Shown in pieces: positions 36,483-47,998 of a stretch of DNA of 64,000 bases (within the stretch, counting starts at the first letter, position 1; the number at the start of each line of letters is the position of its first letter). Under the pieces are notes generated by a model. That model saw only the letters and a program-made list of their open reading frames with translations, made no database searches and had not been told where the DNA came from. The stretch is from contig OZ361261.1 of NCBI GenBank assembly GCA_977018835.1, positions 1,178,001 to 1,242,000 of the forward strand. Reading direction: 5' to 3'. The stretch is from Minutocellus sp. GHC0000111 (Eukaryota). The translations under genes and the position numbers were made by a program.

Positions 36483-38243
36483 TTAGGCGACCTGATCGGC
36501 GACCTCGGCAACCTCCTCCTCGTCGAGCTGGATCGAGGCCTGCATGGACTCCATCCACTTCTTGACCTCGGGGTCGGAGGCAACGAGCTCCTTGAGGGCA
36601 TCGGGAGCCTCGTCGTAGAAGCCGGGAAGCTTGATCATGTGGCCGGCGCCACCGGGAAGGTCGGCGGTGTTGTCCTTGTGGCCGTCCTTCTCACGCTCCT
36701 CGGCGGTACCGATGTAGACCTCGTCACGCTGAAGGTTGATGGTCTTCTTCATGATCCAGGCAAGGACCCAGGCGCCCTGGCAGATACCGGTGGCCTCGAA
36801 GGCAAGGCAGATGACAAGGAAGATGTAGGTGAGGGGGTTGGAAAGGAAGGCGATGGGGAAGGCCGAAGCAACAAGCTGCCACGAGATGGATCCCATGATG
36901 GTGGTGATGATGGCACCGAGGAAGCCAGTGTTGAAGAAGTTCTGGAGGGTGTCGCTGACGCCCCAAAGGTTCTCCTCACCCTCGGGGATGGAAAGAGTGG
37001 TCACACGAGCGATAACGAAGAAGCAGGTAACGACGGAAAGCTGACGGCCAACCATGAAGCCGGGAAGGTTGCGGCCCTTGCCCTTGAAGAGGAGGTCGCA
37101 GGTCTTGAGAGCGAACTTGGACTTGCCACGGTCCTCCTTCTTGATCTTGGTGACGGCGAAGAAGGCAATCTGCATACCCTCGAGCATACCGACGACGGAC
37201 ATGAGGACGAAGAAAAGGACGACGGAGACGCCTCCGGGAACACCCTCCCACATGGTGGTCTTGCCCTGGAAGAGAGCGGCGAAAGTGACGGCGAGAGCGA
37301 ATCCGAGAACGGCAATGGAGAAGAGGACACGGCCCCAGAAGAAGAGAGCCTTGAAGCCGGTGCGGGGACCCTCCTTGGACTCGATGGGCTTGCCGGCGAG
37401 CTTGGCAACGATGATGGCAATGAGGTACGAGGAGTGCATGACACCGGTGACCTCGACGGTCATGGCAACGTACAAAGTGAAGAGGGCGAAGTAGTTGTTG
37501 ATGTAGTCAAGCATGCAGTGCGAGGCGTTGACCTGGGAGGCGAGCTGACCGACCATGCAAGTCAAAAGAATCATGGCGAAACCAGTGACGAGGAAGATCT
37601 GGGTGACCCAGGTGGGAAGGCCCCAAAGCTCGGCACCGGGGACGGGAGCACCGGAAAGGTTGATAAGGAAAACAATGAAGATAACCATGAACTGACGGCC
37701 CATGAGGTAACGGTCAAGGTTGTCGCCCTTGTTGGTGATGCTGGTGCACTTGTACGAGAGCTCGTGGGTCTGGGCGTAAATGTCGTTCTGGACGGGGGCA
37801 AGACCGACGAGGGAGGCCTGTCCACCCTCAACCATCGAGAGCCAGATGAGGAGCGCCCACAGCACAATGAAGGCGGCGGCCGGGTGGGCCTTCTGGGCCA
37901 GACCGGTCTGGTTGGTGAACTGGAGGCCAGTCACCAGAACGATCGAAAAGATCAGAAGAGCGGTCGAGTAGATGCTCTTGAACGCATTGCAGTGCGATGC
38001 GACTGTACAGATGATAATATAATGATGTGATGTGATGAAATATGGGGAGAATGCATTACGTGAGTGATATGTTTCATCGTTAGAATAGGTGAAGTTCTCT
38101 TCTTTCTCGTCATTGCATTTCGAGCACAACAATATTATGTGCCACAAATTGCAAATTGCAATTGCCACAGAACAAATCGCGCGAGGACGCAAGATACGAG
38201 AGAGAATACATATGTACTTACCGGACTTCTTGTTGTACGCCAT
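36483..38243 (-). CDS. SIT: Silicon transporter, copy A; exon 38222-38243, intron 38003-38221; 513 aa spliced
   Basis: EGGQ, MGRQ, EGMQ, VGRQ motifs, HCMLD, ~10 TM segments; GTAAGT…TACAG intron. Confidence 0.97.
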   Translation of the reverse strand: MAYNKKSGKYICILSRILRPRAICSVAIAICNLWHIILLCSKCNDEKEENFTYSNDETYHSRNAFSPYFITSHHYIIICTVASHCNAFKSIYSTALLIFSIVLVTGLQFTNQTGLAQKAHPAAAFIVLWALLIWLSMVEGGQASLVGLAPVQNDIYAQTHELSYKCTSITNKGDNLDRYLMGRQFMVIFIVFLINLSGAPVPGAELWGLPTWVTQIFLVTGFAMILLTCMVGQLASQVNASHCMLDYINNYFALFTLYVAMTVEVTGVMHSSYLIAIIVAKLAGKPIESKEGPRTGFKALFFWGRVLFSIAVLGFALAVTFAALFQGKTTMWEGVPGGVSVVLFFVLMSVVGMLEGMQIAFFAVTKIKKEDRGKSKFALKTCDLLFKGKGRNLPGFMVGRQLSVVTCFFVIARVTTLSIPEGEENLWGVSDTLQNFFNTGFLGAIITTIMGSISWQLVASAFPIAFLSNPLTYIFLVICLAFEATGICQGAWVLAWIMKKTINLQRDEVYIGTAEEREKDGHKDNTADLPGGAGHMIKLPGFYDEAPDALKELVASDPEVKKWMESMQASIQLDEEEVAEVADQVA

Positions 38244-38779
38244 CTTGGACGGTATTTATGTGTTGATTGTATGAAAAGTGAAGGAGTTGTAAACGGACTG
38301 GGGAAAGCAGAAAGTTTGCTTCGTCTCAACCTCAATGACTGAAAAGTGAGCTGAGTTGAGATGTCCAACCGATTGGAGCAGACTGATTTTTTGATTTCTC
38401 AGTTTGGCGAAGCGCCGGGTGTCTGAGTCTGTTAACGACAGAGTGCCGAGCCGGCCAAGCCTCGAGGTTTCCTGATTGTGGTGATGTATTTTGATAATCT
38501 GTCGATTTTTAACAAATTATACTTGATTTTTATTTTTCATCTGGAAACCGCTTAGAAGGATTCGAAACCTTGGAAAGTCTTGGATACTCGGTCGAGTGAT
38601 TCGAAAGATCAAAACCAAATTTTGCTTGTCGAAGCCGATGATTTCGTTTCATTGTTTTCGTCTTTGCGGAGCACCAAAGAATCCGCGACACATCGCCGAC
38701 ACTGGCATTTTTCCCAACGCGCCACTGAGAAGCTCACTGAGACCAATGCATTCCTCGACGGCCACAGGATCATAAGGTG

Positions 38780-39700
38780 GCATAAAACAGTCATGGTCGC
38801 CTCATCACCTCTTCTTCCTATCTATAACGTGGATCCTAGTGCAAAAGTCTGAGCCTCGCATTGCTGAAACTCGCGAAATTCGATGAACAATATGTGTCGT
38901 CGACCAACCTCAGCCTTCATGACGGCTACAATTGCACAGAAATGTAGCAACGACGTTTCCATAATGGGTGATTCTCAACTACTGACGACTTGAAAGGTTG
39001 ATTTGGTGAAATGATGGCCCGGCGGGGTGGCAGTCTTATTCAGTTCACATGCGCAACAGTCGCAGAATGTCCACGTCCTCCCAAAAAATAAGAAAGAGAT
39101 TTCTTCGCAGATCAGGCCTTCAATATGAACATGGTCTTCTTCCTCGAAAAAAATCCGTTGGAGTACATATGCAACTTTTGACATTTCCCTTCCATAACAT
39201 GTCTGGAGCGATCGATGTCCTCCTTTTGAGGATTGGGTGCAGCAATTGGGCGATTTTGTTGGTGTTTCGTGGATCTGCCGGTAATGATTTCGATGTTGGG
39301 ACATGCGCCCAAAGCAGAAATGCCAAAGCAGATGTGCTTTGATCCTGGTCAGTGTGCACAATAATTCTTCAAGGCTGTCAGAGAGGCGATGATTCTCCTT
39401 CGATCCTGCCAGGGCATGTACTGAAGAATGAAGCCCTTCTATGGCTGACATGCACATACTGTGGAACCCATTGCATTTTCACACTATGACAAGTACAACC
39501 AAAACATCTCCTCATCTTCGCGGCAATATCATTTTCTCAAAAGGTACAACAATCAACGCTAAATAGGCAATAGCGAGGCTACCGCTTGAGCAGCATGTAC
39601 TCACACTGAGATCCGATAGTACTCTTCTGGCGATTGGGTTGATAGTTCGGCCAAACTATCTCATGTGATAAATTTCTGGAGGGTGAGTTCCAACGGGAAT
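38780..39700. repeat. Degenerate direct repeat, copy 1 (probable coding remnant)
   Basis: Collinear blocks shared with 41600-42490, e.g. CATGGyCGCCTyATCAC, ACAGTCGCA, TCCTCCCAAAAA, CAGAGAGGCG, GCCAAACTATCTCATGT. Confidence 0.75.
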
Positions 39701-40018
39701 GCAATGTCATGTTGCAGCGGTCTTTGGGAACTCGAGCATGCATAGAACCATTTACTTTTCCCGGGTTCCGACGCAATTCAAAGTGTCTTTTTCTTCGTAA
39801 GGAAGGACTAGGAGGGCCAGGAGAACAATTTGGTGCGTACTACGAATATTTTATAATTGGGATCCCTACTAGCTAGAGTACACGGTAGGTCTTGAGGAAG
39901 AACTAGCTAAATGCTACCTAGGTACGTAGACTTGGATAATTAGTTCTATAAAAGTTGTTTACTTCGCAAGAAGATAGGGTGGCATATGCGTTGTGTCTTC
40001 TATCATCTGCTAAAGTTT

Positions 40019-41389
40019 TCATCTACTATTGTCATCAATCTCGTCGTCTTCCATAAACTCTTTCATTCGTTTGAATATAAGGTGGAATTTTCTCATCAAC
40101 AAACTTTTATAATCCCACCCCACTTTCGAATAGTGAAGCTCAATCTCAGGTGGCAGGGGCATCATTCGGACCTCGGGGCTTTTCTCCAACGGATTTGGAC
40201 CTTCTGCTAGGACCTCCGCGATTGCCTTCGCAATAGCCCTGAGCTTTTTATATTTCGCCTCCGCTTCATCGCGCCTCGGACCCACATCACTGTGAGCAGT
40301 TTGTCTCATGCGATTAGGATTTTTCAGGATAAATTCCTTTATCTCTTCATCGTCAAAGTCATAATAATCCTGAAAGTACTTTTTCATGGCATGATATCCA
40401 TGTCTTTCGAACATTTTGTCCTTTTCATCGAAAATGCTCTTGAATATTCCTGGACATTTTAATACAAAAAACGCCAGCTCTTGATCAGTGAGAGAAAGGT
40501 CCGACGGCAACACGTCCGCTTTCTCTTCGAGCGTCTCGGCTTTCATCGTCAACAAGAACTCTCCTCTTATATCTATCATTTCGCTAAGTTGGTAACCCCG
40601 GATCCCAAGCCGTTGCTGTGTCCAGTTGTACGATTCCATGACTCTTTCCTCTGGGGTATGTAATAATTCCGGGGACTTAAGTATAGCTGAACTTGCACGA
40701 TCGTACCGGTATTTTTCATCATCTTCCGTTTCGTCTTCGTCCACCGCGAGTATTTTTAGCAATAAATCAATCCTGGATGTTATATCTTTGATCGACGTGG
40801 ACAATATTTTTTCGAGAACAGGTTTTGTTGGCGATCCTACAAGGAACCGCAATTCCTTGTCAGTCATCTGCAGACTGGCCTGGACTGTATCAATTTGTGC
40901 CTTCCTGCTTTCGAGTGAATGGAGCAATATGTGAGGCCTCGTGCTGATTAGTCTGCGCAGATTGCGCTTGCTAAGCTTCAATCTGCTCCGAAACCAATCA
41001 AGTTTTGCATCCAATTCTTCTAATGACTGCCCAAAGGGCGCATATGGCATGCGCAAAAATATTTTTCGCGCCTCGTGTTCACTCATGCCAAGCCTCTCCT
41101 GGAACAAAGTCGTGGCTGACCGAATATATTCCTCCGCATTCCTCATTTCCAAAACATGAGGCTTTGACCGAACGAGAAAGTTAATTTGTCTTTCTGACGC
41201 GGAGAGCAGCTCACAAAGCTTAGCCTTTCGCTGCGACGCCAGCTCGTCATCTTCACTTAGTTCGCCTGCAGCGCCGAGCACAAGCCGGCGACTCGCCGCT
41301 CTGGGCATTGTACCACTAAGGAATGCACGTGCGGGTGTGCTAACCAAACAAAGCAGAAACGCTAGAAGACGCGTAACGGGGGGCATCAT
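40019..41389 (-). CDS. mTERF-repeat protein with plastid-type presequence
   Basis: ARAFL presequence; repeated ..P.IL..S.E…K.DW…RL.LS units. ATG of MMPPV assumed as start. Confidence 0.75.
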   Translation of the reverse strand: MMPPVTRLLAFLLCLVSTPARAFLSGTMPRAASRRLVLGAAGELSEDDELASQRKAKLCELLSASERQINFLVRSKPHVLEMRNAEEYIRSATTLFQERLGMSEHEARKIFLRMPYAPFGQSLEELDAKLDWFRSRLKLSKRNLRRLISTRPHILLHSLESRKAQIDTVQASLQMTDKELRFLVGSPTKPVLEKILSTSIKDITSRIDLLLKILAVDEDETEDDEKYRYDRASSAILKSPELLHTPEERVMESYNWTQQRLGIRGYQLSEMIDIRGEFLLTMKAETLEEKADVLPSDLSLTDQELAFFVLKCPGIFKSIFDEKDKMFERHGYHAMKKYFQDYYDFDDEEIKEFILKNPNRMRQTAHSDVGPRRDEAEAKYKKLRAIAKAIAEVLAEGPNPLEKSPEVRMMPLPPEIELHYSKVGWDYKSLLMRKFHLIFKRMKEFMEDDEIDDNSR

Positions 41390-41599
41390 GCGGTTGCCGG
41401 ATTGCAGAAAATGAGCGGCTGGCGTGATCGTGAGGCGGCTGGCGATGGCGTACGCGTGAGAGGTCTGATGTAGAGAGTACAAGATACCAAAACAGAAATA
41501 TTACCACCGCACCGCACCGCACCCATCTCGGACTGTGCCATTATTCCTACAAATCGAACAAGCCCAACTCAAGCCCCGAGGCGACCACCAAGATGGTAT

Positions 41600-42490
41600 G
41601 CAACCACCATGGCCGCCTTATCACATCTTCTCTGTATATGTGACTTGGCCAGAGAGTCGTCATTCTGAGCCTCTCATTCCTGAAACTGACGAAAATCGAC
41701 TTTCGCGTGGGTCACGTGCCAACCTCGACCTCCATCACGGCTACAATCGGAGAGAAAAGTAACGACACAGTCGAGTAAATGGGAGATTGCACACCTTTGA
41801 CGGTTTGGTAGAGCGGTTTGATGTAAGCACGGGGCGGCGGTATGGCAGTGTTATTGAGTTCGGACGCACGACAGTCGCAAAACGCCGCCATCCTCCCAAA
41901 AATCAAGAATCTGATTTCTCTGCAAAATCGGTCCTCAGCGTCGATGTGGCCTTATTGCTCGAAAAAATCCGCTTAGAGTATCTATACAACTTTTGATATT
42001 TCGCTACCACAATATTTCTGGAGTGATTGATGAGCTTCTTCTGCGGGTTGGGTGTCAGTAAGTGGATCAGTTCGTTGGGACTTTGTGGATTTGCAATAAA
42101 TTTTCTGGTGTTGGGACAGGCGCCAAAATCAGATGATGTGCAATAGTTCTTGAAATTCAACAGAGAGGCGCAGATTTTTGTTCAATCCTGCCAAGGTGTG
42201 TAATAAAGAGTGGAGTTGCATGTGTTGATTGTTGTGTTTGTATTGGCAACCCATTGTATTATCACTCTATCACAAGTAAAAACAGAACTCTCAGATTCTC
42301 CTCAACTTCTCCACCGCGATATCACTTTCTCAATAGTTGTGACTTTCGACGCCAAATTGACGATAGCGAGGCTTCCATTCGGGTAGTATGTACCCAAGCT
42401 GAGATTCCATAGCATTTTTTCTGGCAATTGTATCGATGGTTCTGCCAAACTATCTCATGTTGTCATTTTTGGAGGGGTAACTTTTATGTT
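41600..42490. repeat. Degenerate direct repeat, copy 2
   Basis: See copy 1. Minus-strand translations align: FLFFGRTWTFCDCCACELNKTA vs FLIFGRMAAFCDCRASELNNTA. Confidence 0.75.
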
Positions 42491-42654
42491 TCTGGGGGGT
42501 CAAAATTACCACCATGACGATGGTTTGGGTCCATGCGCGTCCATTCACCACATCAGTACGTCATTCCCACCTGCATATAACATGAGGATGCTCATTGATG
42601 GAAAGTTTCGCGGGGTTGCTGCAAAGATTGGTGGTTTTGTGGGTATCGCAATGT

Positions 42655-42895
42655 TTCGTGGAGGTCGACGCCAGATTTCGCGGGATGCTGATTCGAAAGA
42701 CCAATGTTGATACTGAACAATAAAGAATCACAACGACTGCATGGAAAGGGCACCCATCGACGTGTATTAACATACCCGAGAAATTTCTATGCTCATGAAA
42801 GGTCCTTTGCACCGGTATGTAAAGCAATGGAGGCAAATCGTCGTGAAAATTCGACGATTTTACATTAAATCTCGGCGGTCGTCGACCTCCACGAA
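42655..42895. mobile_element. Possible 241-bp MITE
   Basis: Perfect 16-bp inverted ends TTCGTGGAGGTCGACG (42655-42670 / 42880-42895); no clear TSD. Confidence 0.45.
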
Positions 42896-43129
42896 GAGTC
42901 AGGGATTATAACTCAATAAAGAATCATGAACTCAATGTCACTAGCACACGATCTCGTTAAAAATACTATTGAATGAAGTCCAATGGGTTGTAGCTGTGGT
43001 AGAAGAGCCTGGCTGGGTGATTGCTGCCATCACAATACTTTAGCTCCCGGGGGTTCTTGGCAGCAGAAAATTGTGGATTCTGTTGGAATTGTGGAAAAGA
43101 AATCTAGCCTAATTTATCTATGTTGCGAG

Positions 43130-44530
43130 ATAGAAGCATACCGTTGCCATTGACATACCCCACGGACGTTATTTTTTCGATTGAGCGAAGGTTGTGTTGT
43201 CTACTTGGCCCTCGCGGACGCCAATTATCACTCTCGGGGAGTGACGATGGCAAAATTTGGGATTCTGCATGGATTGGAGATAGATGGCAAAATAGAGAGA
43301 GAATACGAAATCCTTACATACATAGAAGCATAGTGCTACCTTATGTATCGCCCATAGAAGATATCTGAGGCTTGGGCGAAGGTTACCCCTACTACTTGGC
43401 TTGACGGCGCTGAACTTCTGGGAAATTCGGCGGATTGTAGATATTGAAATCGAGGGAAGCGAGTCAGAATCCTTGCATAGAAGGTCAGAGCGAGTTTATG
43501 TATCACCCAGAGAAGGTACCCAGAGCTTTGACAAAGGTTTCCTTCCCTTCTTGGCCCTCGCGGTCGCCTATTTTGGTTCCCGGAGGCTGACGGTGCCAAA
43601 ATCTGGGATTCTGAGCATATGGGATCCCTAGACATTAAAACCAAGTAAAGCGAGTCAAAATCCTCACATAGATGCACATCACTACCTTAGATATCACCCG
43701 CAAAAGATATCCAAGGCTTGGGCGAAGTTTTTGTTGTCTACTTGGCCCTCGCGGTCGCATATTGTGTTTCCCGGGGGTTGGCGACGGCAAATTTCCCGGA
43801 TTCTGAGCGGATTGCAGGCATTGAAGTCGAGAGAAGAGATTGCAAAGTCAAGCATAGAAGCATAGTGCAACCTTAGGTATCCTCCAGAGAAGGTACCTCG
43901 AGCTTTGGCGAAGGTTTCCTTCACTTCTTGGCGCTCACGATCGCCTACTATGACTCCCGTGGGTCGACGGCGCTGAGTTTCCTGGGAATCTCGGCGGGTT
44001 GTAAACATTGACATCGCAAGAAGCGAGTACAAAGTCGAACATAAAATCATTGCGCTACCTGACATACCACCCAGAGAAGGTATCTCGAGCTTGGGCGGAG
44101 GTTTCCTCGTCTACTTGGCTGTCACGGTCGCCTACTATGGCTCCCGGGGTTTGCCGGCGCTGAATTTCCGGGATTCTGGCCGCATTGTAGATATTGAAAT
44201 CGAGAGGAGCGAGTCAGAATCCTCACATAGAAGCATAGCGCTACCTGACATACCACCCAGAGAAGATATCTAGAGCTTGGGCGGAGGTTTCCTATACTTC
44301 TTGTGTCCCACAGTCGACCATTATCACTCTCGGGGGTTAACGCTGCCGAATTTCTGAGATTCTGGTCTGATTAGAGATAGGGATCCCTACCAAAATCAAG
44401 AGAAACGAGCCAAAATCCTTACACAGAAGATAGCACTACCGTAGGGATCACCCATAGAAGGTATCTAAGGCTTGGGCGAAGGTTTTGTTGTCGACTTGGC
44501 CCTCGCGGTCGCCTATTGTGACTAACGGGG
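43130..44530. repeat. Degenerate tandem satellite, ~7.5 units of ~187 bp
   Basis: ATAGAAG-like anchors at 43130, 43322, 43477, 43668, 43854, 44041, 44227, 44423; shared CTTGGGCGAAGGTT and CTTGGCCCTCGCGGTCGC. Confidence 0.9.
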
Positions 44531-46237
44531 TCAAAATCTGGAGAAAAAGTAAAAGTTTGTTATGATTGTCTAATCAGAACAAAGATGTTCAGCAAAGCAA
44601 GTCATTCTGCTGCAGCTAGCATACATAGAAGGCCACTCAATACACAACTGCATGTTACTTTATCCTATGTCGAGTTCATTGGCATTCATTGAATTATCAT
44701 TAACCTTTGTCCTTTGTGGAGGCTGATGTTGCAATACATGTAGACCAGTAAAAAATAGAAGAGAAACTTCGATACATACATTTGCCTCTATTCCTGTCCA
44801 CAACACCAGTAAAGACTTCTCACGAGCAATACTGTCGCTCAAATAGTCAAAGGTTGTTATCTGTGTCCATTCCGCGCGGTAGGTATTGTTTTGGTCGCTC
44901 CGCGTCAACAATAGAAATCGAATGAGGTTCCTGCAAATGCCAACATACAAGCTCAACACAATTTTCGCAGAATCATGCCGAATCACCACTGTAGTAAACC
45001 CGCAAGATTTTCCACCAAACCATCACTTCATATCATGCCAAAGCGGGTATATTGATTTCTAGTAGTCCTCTGTGGCCTATTTTTCCAATACGTCTTATTA
45101 CATAACAATTTTTATGCCCAGATAAGCCACAAAAGGACTCAACGCGATACACGTCGTTTCGGCTCTCCTAGCTACGTGGCTTGAACCCTCCGTTTTTAAG
45201 CTCACCATTTGACTGGCGTCATTCGTAGTACTTGAGCCTACGAACTTTGCGTTTGTCATTGTCTTCGTTCAATATCCCTTCGTCGTGAACCCTGATGTCG
45301 ATCACCCCATCTGATTGTAGACTGTGAAAAATCCAGTCGACCAACGACTTTCGAAGCGAAGCAACACTTGCAACATTGGGATCGGGGCAAACAATCGACT
45401 GACAACATAGATCAAAGTGCCACTTGTATGTTACGATGGACTTCTCATCGACTCGATCCACAACTCAGCCAATCAGACAAATCGACCATGGGTCAGGGTC
45501 GTCAGGGTCCGTCAGGTTCAATTCGTTGCACACCATTACTTGGTCAGAAAAAGAAGATCCCTGTTTTGTGCCAGATTCATGCCGCTCACGACAATGAGGT
45601 CGCATTTCCAGTTTTCGAAATCGCACTTCCACGTCGTCAATGACAAGCAACATTCCTCCCATCCACTCCCCTCATCACTACTTTCCCGCCTAAAGTAGTA
45701 CTAGACTAGTGCATCGAGAAGGACGATGACGTGAGAAGATTTTGTGGCCATCCTCGACAAGTCTCACGACGCGACCGAGGATCCGAATGAATGTCGTTCG
45801 CGCTGAAAGCTAGCCATGTATGCTCAAGGTCCAGTATTCAGCTCCAAGAATCTCTCTTGAAACGTTACAAGGCCCGATCAATGATACTCTCGCTTCGCTT
45901 GGCATCATTTCAATCAAGTAGATGCGCGACCCTCATCTTGTTTGGCGACTGAAGACACCCGGTGGTTTTGTCTCTCTGCCAGTGTGACGTGGTGAAGAAA
46001 CAGCGTCAGGAAACTAAATTTGTCTCACCATCCGGTAAATTCATTCCGGCCAACTCGCAGAAAGTCGTTTTCAAGATTGCTCGCCGAACCGCCAGCTCTG
46101 CCAAAATTCAGTCCCTCCCTCCAACAAGCGCTCACTTTTCAGTTAGTGAGGTTGAGACGAAGCAAACTTTCTGCTTTCCCCAGTCCGTTTACAACTCCTT
46201 CACTTTTCATACAATCAACACATAAATACCGTCCAAG

Positions 46238-47998
46238 ATGGCGTACAACAAGAAGTCCGGTAAGTACATATGTATTCTCTCTCGTATCTTGCGTCCTCGC
46301 GCGATTTGTTCTGTGGCAATTGCAATTTGCAATTTGTGGCACATAATATTGTTGTGCTCGAAATGCAATGACGAGAAAGAAGAGAACTTCACCTATTCTA
46401 ACGATGAAACATATCACTCACGTAATGCATTCTCCCCATATTTCATCACATCACATCATTATATTATCATCTGTACAGTCGCATCGCACTGCAATGCGTT
46501 CAAGAGCATCTACTCGACCGCTCTTCTGATCTTTTCGATCGTTCTGGTGACTGGCCTCCAGTTCACCAACCAGACCGGTCTGGCCCAGAAGGCCCACCCG
46601 GCCGCCGCCTTCATTGTGCTGTGGGCGCTCCTCATCTGGCTCTCGATGGTTGAGGGTGGACAGGCCTCCCTCGTCGGTCTTGCCCCCGTCCAGAACGACA
46701 TTTACGCCCAGACCCACGAGCTCTCGTACAAGTGCACCAGCATCACCAACAAGGGCGACAACCTTGACCGTTACCTCATGGGCCGTCAGTTCATGGTTAT
46801 CTTCATTGTTTTCCTTATCAACCTTTCCGGTGCTCCCGTCCCCGGTGCCGAGCTTTGGGGCCTTCCCACCTGGGTCACCCAGATCTTCCTCGTCACTGGT
46901 TTCGCCATGATTCTTTTGACTTGCATGGTCGGTCAGCTCGCCTCCCAGGTCAACGCCTCGCACTGCATGCTTGACTACATCAACAACTACTTCGCCCTCT
47001 TCACTTTGTACGTTGCCATGACCGTCGAGGTCACCGGTGTCATGCACTCCTCGTACCTCATTGCCATCATCGTTGCCAAGCTCGCCGGCAAGCCCATCGA
47101 GTCCAAGGAGGGTCCCCGCACCGGCTTCAAGGCTCTCTTCTTCTGGGGCCGTGTCCTCTTCTCCATTGCCGTTCTCGGATTCGCTCTCGCCGTCACTTTC
47201 GCCGCTCTCTTCCAGGGCAAGACCACCATGTGGGAGGGTGTTCCCGGAGGCGTCTCCGTCGTCCTTTTCTTCGTCCTCATGTCCGTCGTCGGTATGCTCG
47301 AGGGTATGCAGATTGCCTTCTTCGCCGTCACCAAGATCAAGAAGGAGGACCGTGGCAAGTCCAAGTTCGCTCTCAAGACCTGCGACCTCCTCTTCAAGGG
47401 CAAGGGCCGCAACCTTCCCGGCTTCATGGTTGGCCGTCAGCTTTCCGTCGTTACCTGCTTCTTCGTTATCGCTCGTGTGACCACTCTTTCCATCCCCGAG
47501 GGTGAGGAGAACCTTTGGGGCGTCAGCGACACCCTCCAGAACTTCTTCAACACTGGCTTCCTCGGTGCCATCATCACCACCATCATGGGATCCATCTCGT
47601 GGCAGCTTGTTGCTTCGGCCTTCCCCATCGCCTTCCTTTCCAACCCCCTCACCTACATCTTCCTTGTCATCTGCCTTGCCTTCGAGGCCACCGGTATCTG
47701 CCAGGGCGCCTGGGTCCTTGCCTGGATCATGAAGAAGACCATCAACCTTCAGCGTGACGAGGTCTACATCGGTACCGCCGAGGAGCGTGAGAAGGACGGC
47801 CACAAGGACAACACCGCCGACCTTCCCGGTGGCGCCGGCCACATGATCAAGCTTCCCGGCTTCTACGACGAGGCTCCCGATGCCCTCAAGGAGCTCGTTG
47901 CCTCCGACCCCGAGGTCAAGAAGTGGATGGAGTCCATGCAGGCCTCGATCCAGCTCGACGAGGAGGAGGTTGCCGAGGTCGCCGACCAGGTCGCCTAA
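46238..47998 (+). CDS. SIT: Silicon transporter, copy B; exon 46238-46259, intron 46260-46478
   Basis: Same protein sequence as copy A in inverted orientation. Confidence 0.97.
   Translation: MAYNKKSGKYICILSRILRPRAICSVAIAICNLWHIILLCSKCNDEKEENFTYSNDETYHSRNAFSPYFITSHHYIIICTVASHCNAFKSIYSTALLIFSIVLVTGLQFTNQTGLAQKAHPAAAFIVLWALLIWLSMVEGGQASLVGLAPVQNDIYAQTHELSYKCTSITNKGDNLDRYLMGRQFMVIFIVFLINLSGAPVPGAELWGLPTWVTQIFLVTGFAMILLTCMVGQLASQVNASHCMLDYINNYFALFTLYVAMTVEVTGVMHSSYLIAIIVAKLAGKPIESKEGPRTGFKALFFWGRVLFSIAVLGFALAVTFAALFQGKTTMWEGVPGGVSVVLFFVLMSVVGMLEGMQIAFFAVTKIKKEDRGKSKFALKTCDLLFKGKGRNLPGFMVGRQLSVVTCFFVIARVTTLSIPEGEENLWGVSDTLQNFFNTGFLGAIITTIMGSISWQLVASAFPIAFLSNPLTYIFLVICLAFEATGICQGAWVLAWIMKKTINLQRDEVYIGTAEEREKDGHKDNTADLPGGAGHMIKLPGFYDEAPDALKELVASDPEVKKWMESMQASIQLDEEEVAEVADQVA

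Noticed and set aside
36639..38030. 463-aa antisense ORF over SIT (also 46451-47842)
   Set aside because: Shadow ORF expected from strong C-ending codon bias; the same applies to antisense ORFs over TPT, AMPD, MetAP and TrpD.
43130..44530. CRISPR-like array
   Set aside because: Whole units are homologous; no short identical repeats with unique spacers, no cas genes, eukaryotic context.
44660..45700. Short ORFs in the SIT spacer
   Set aside because: No recognisable motifs or splice-consistent model.
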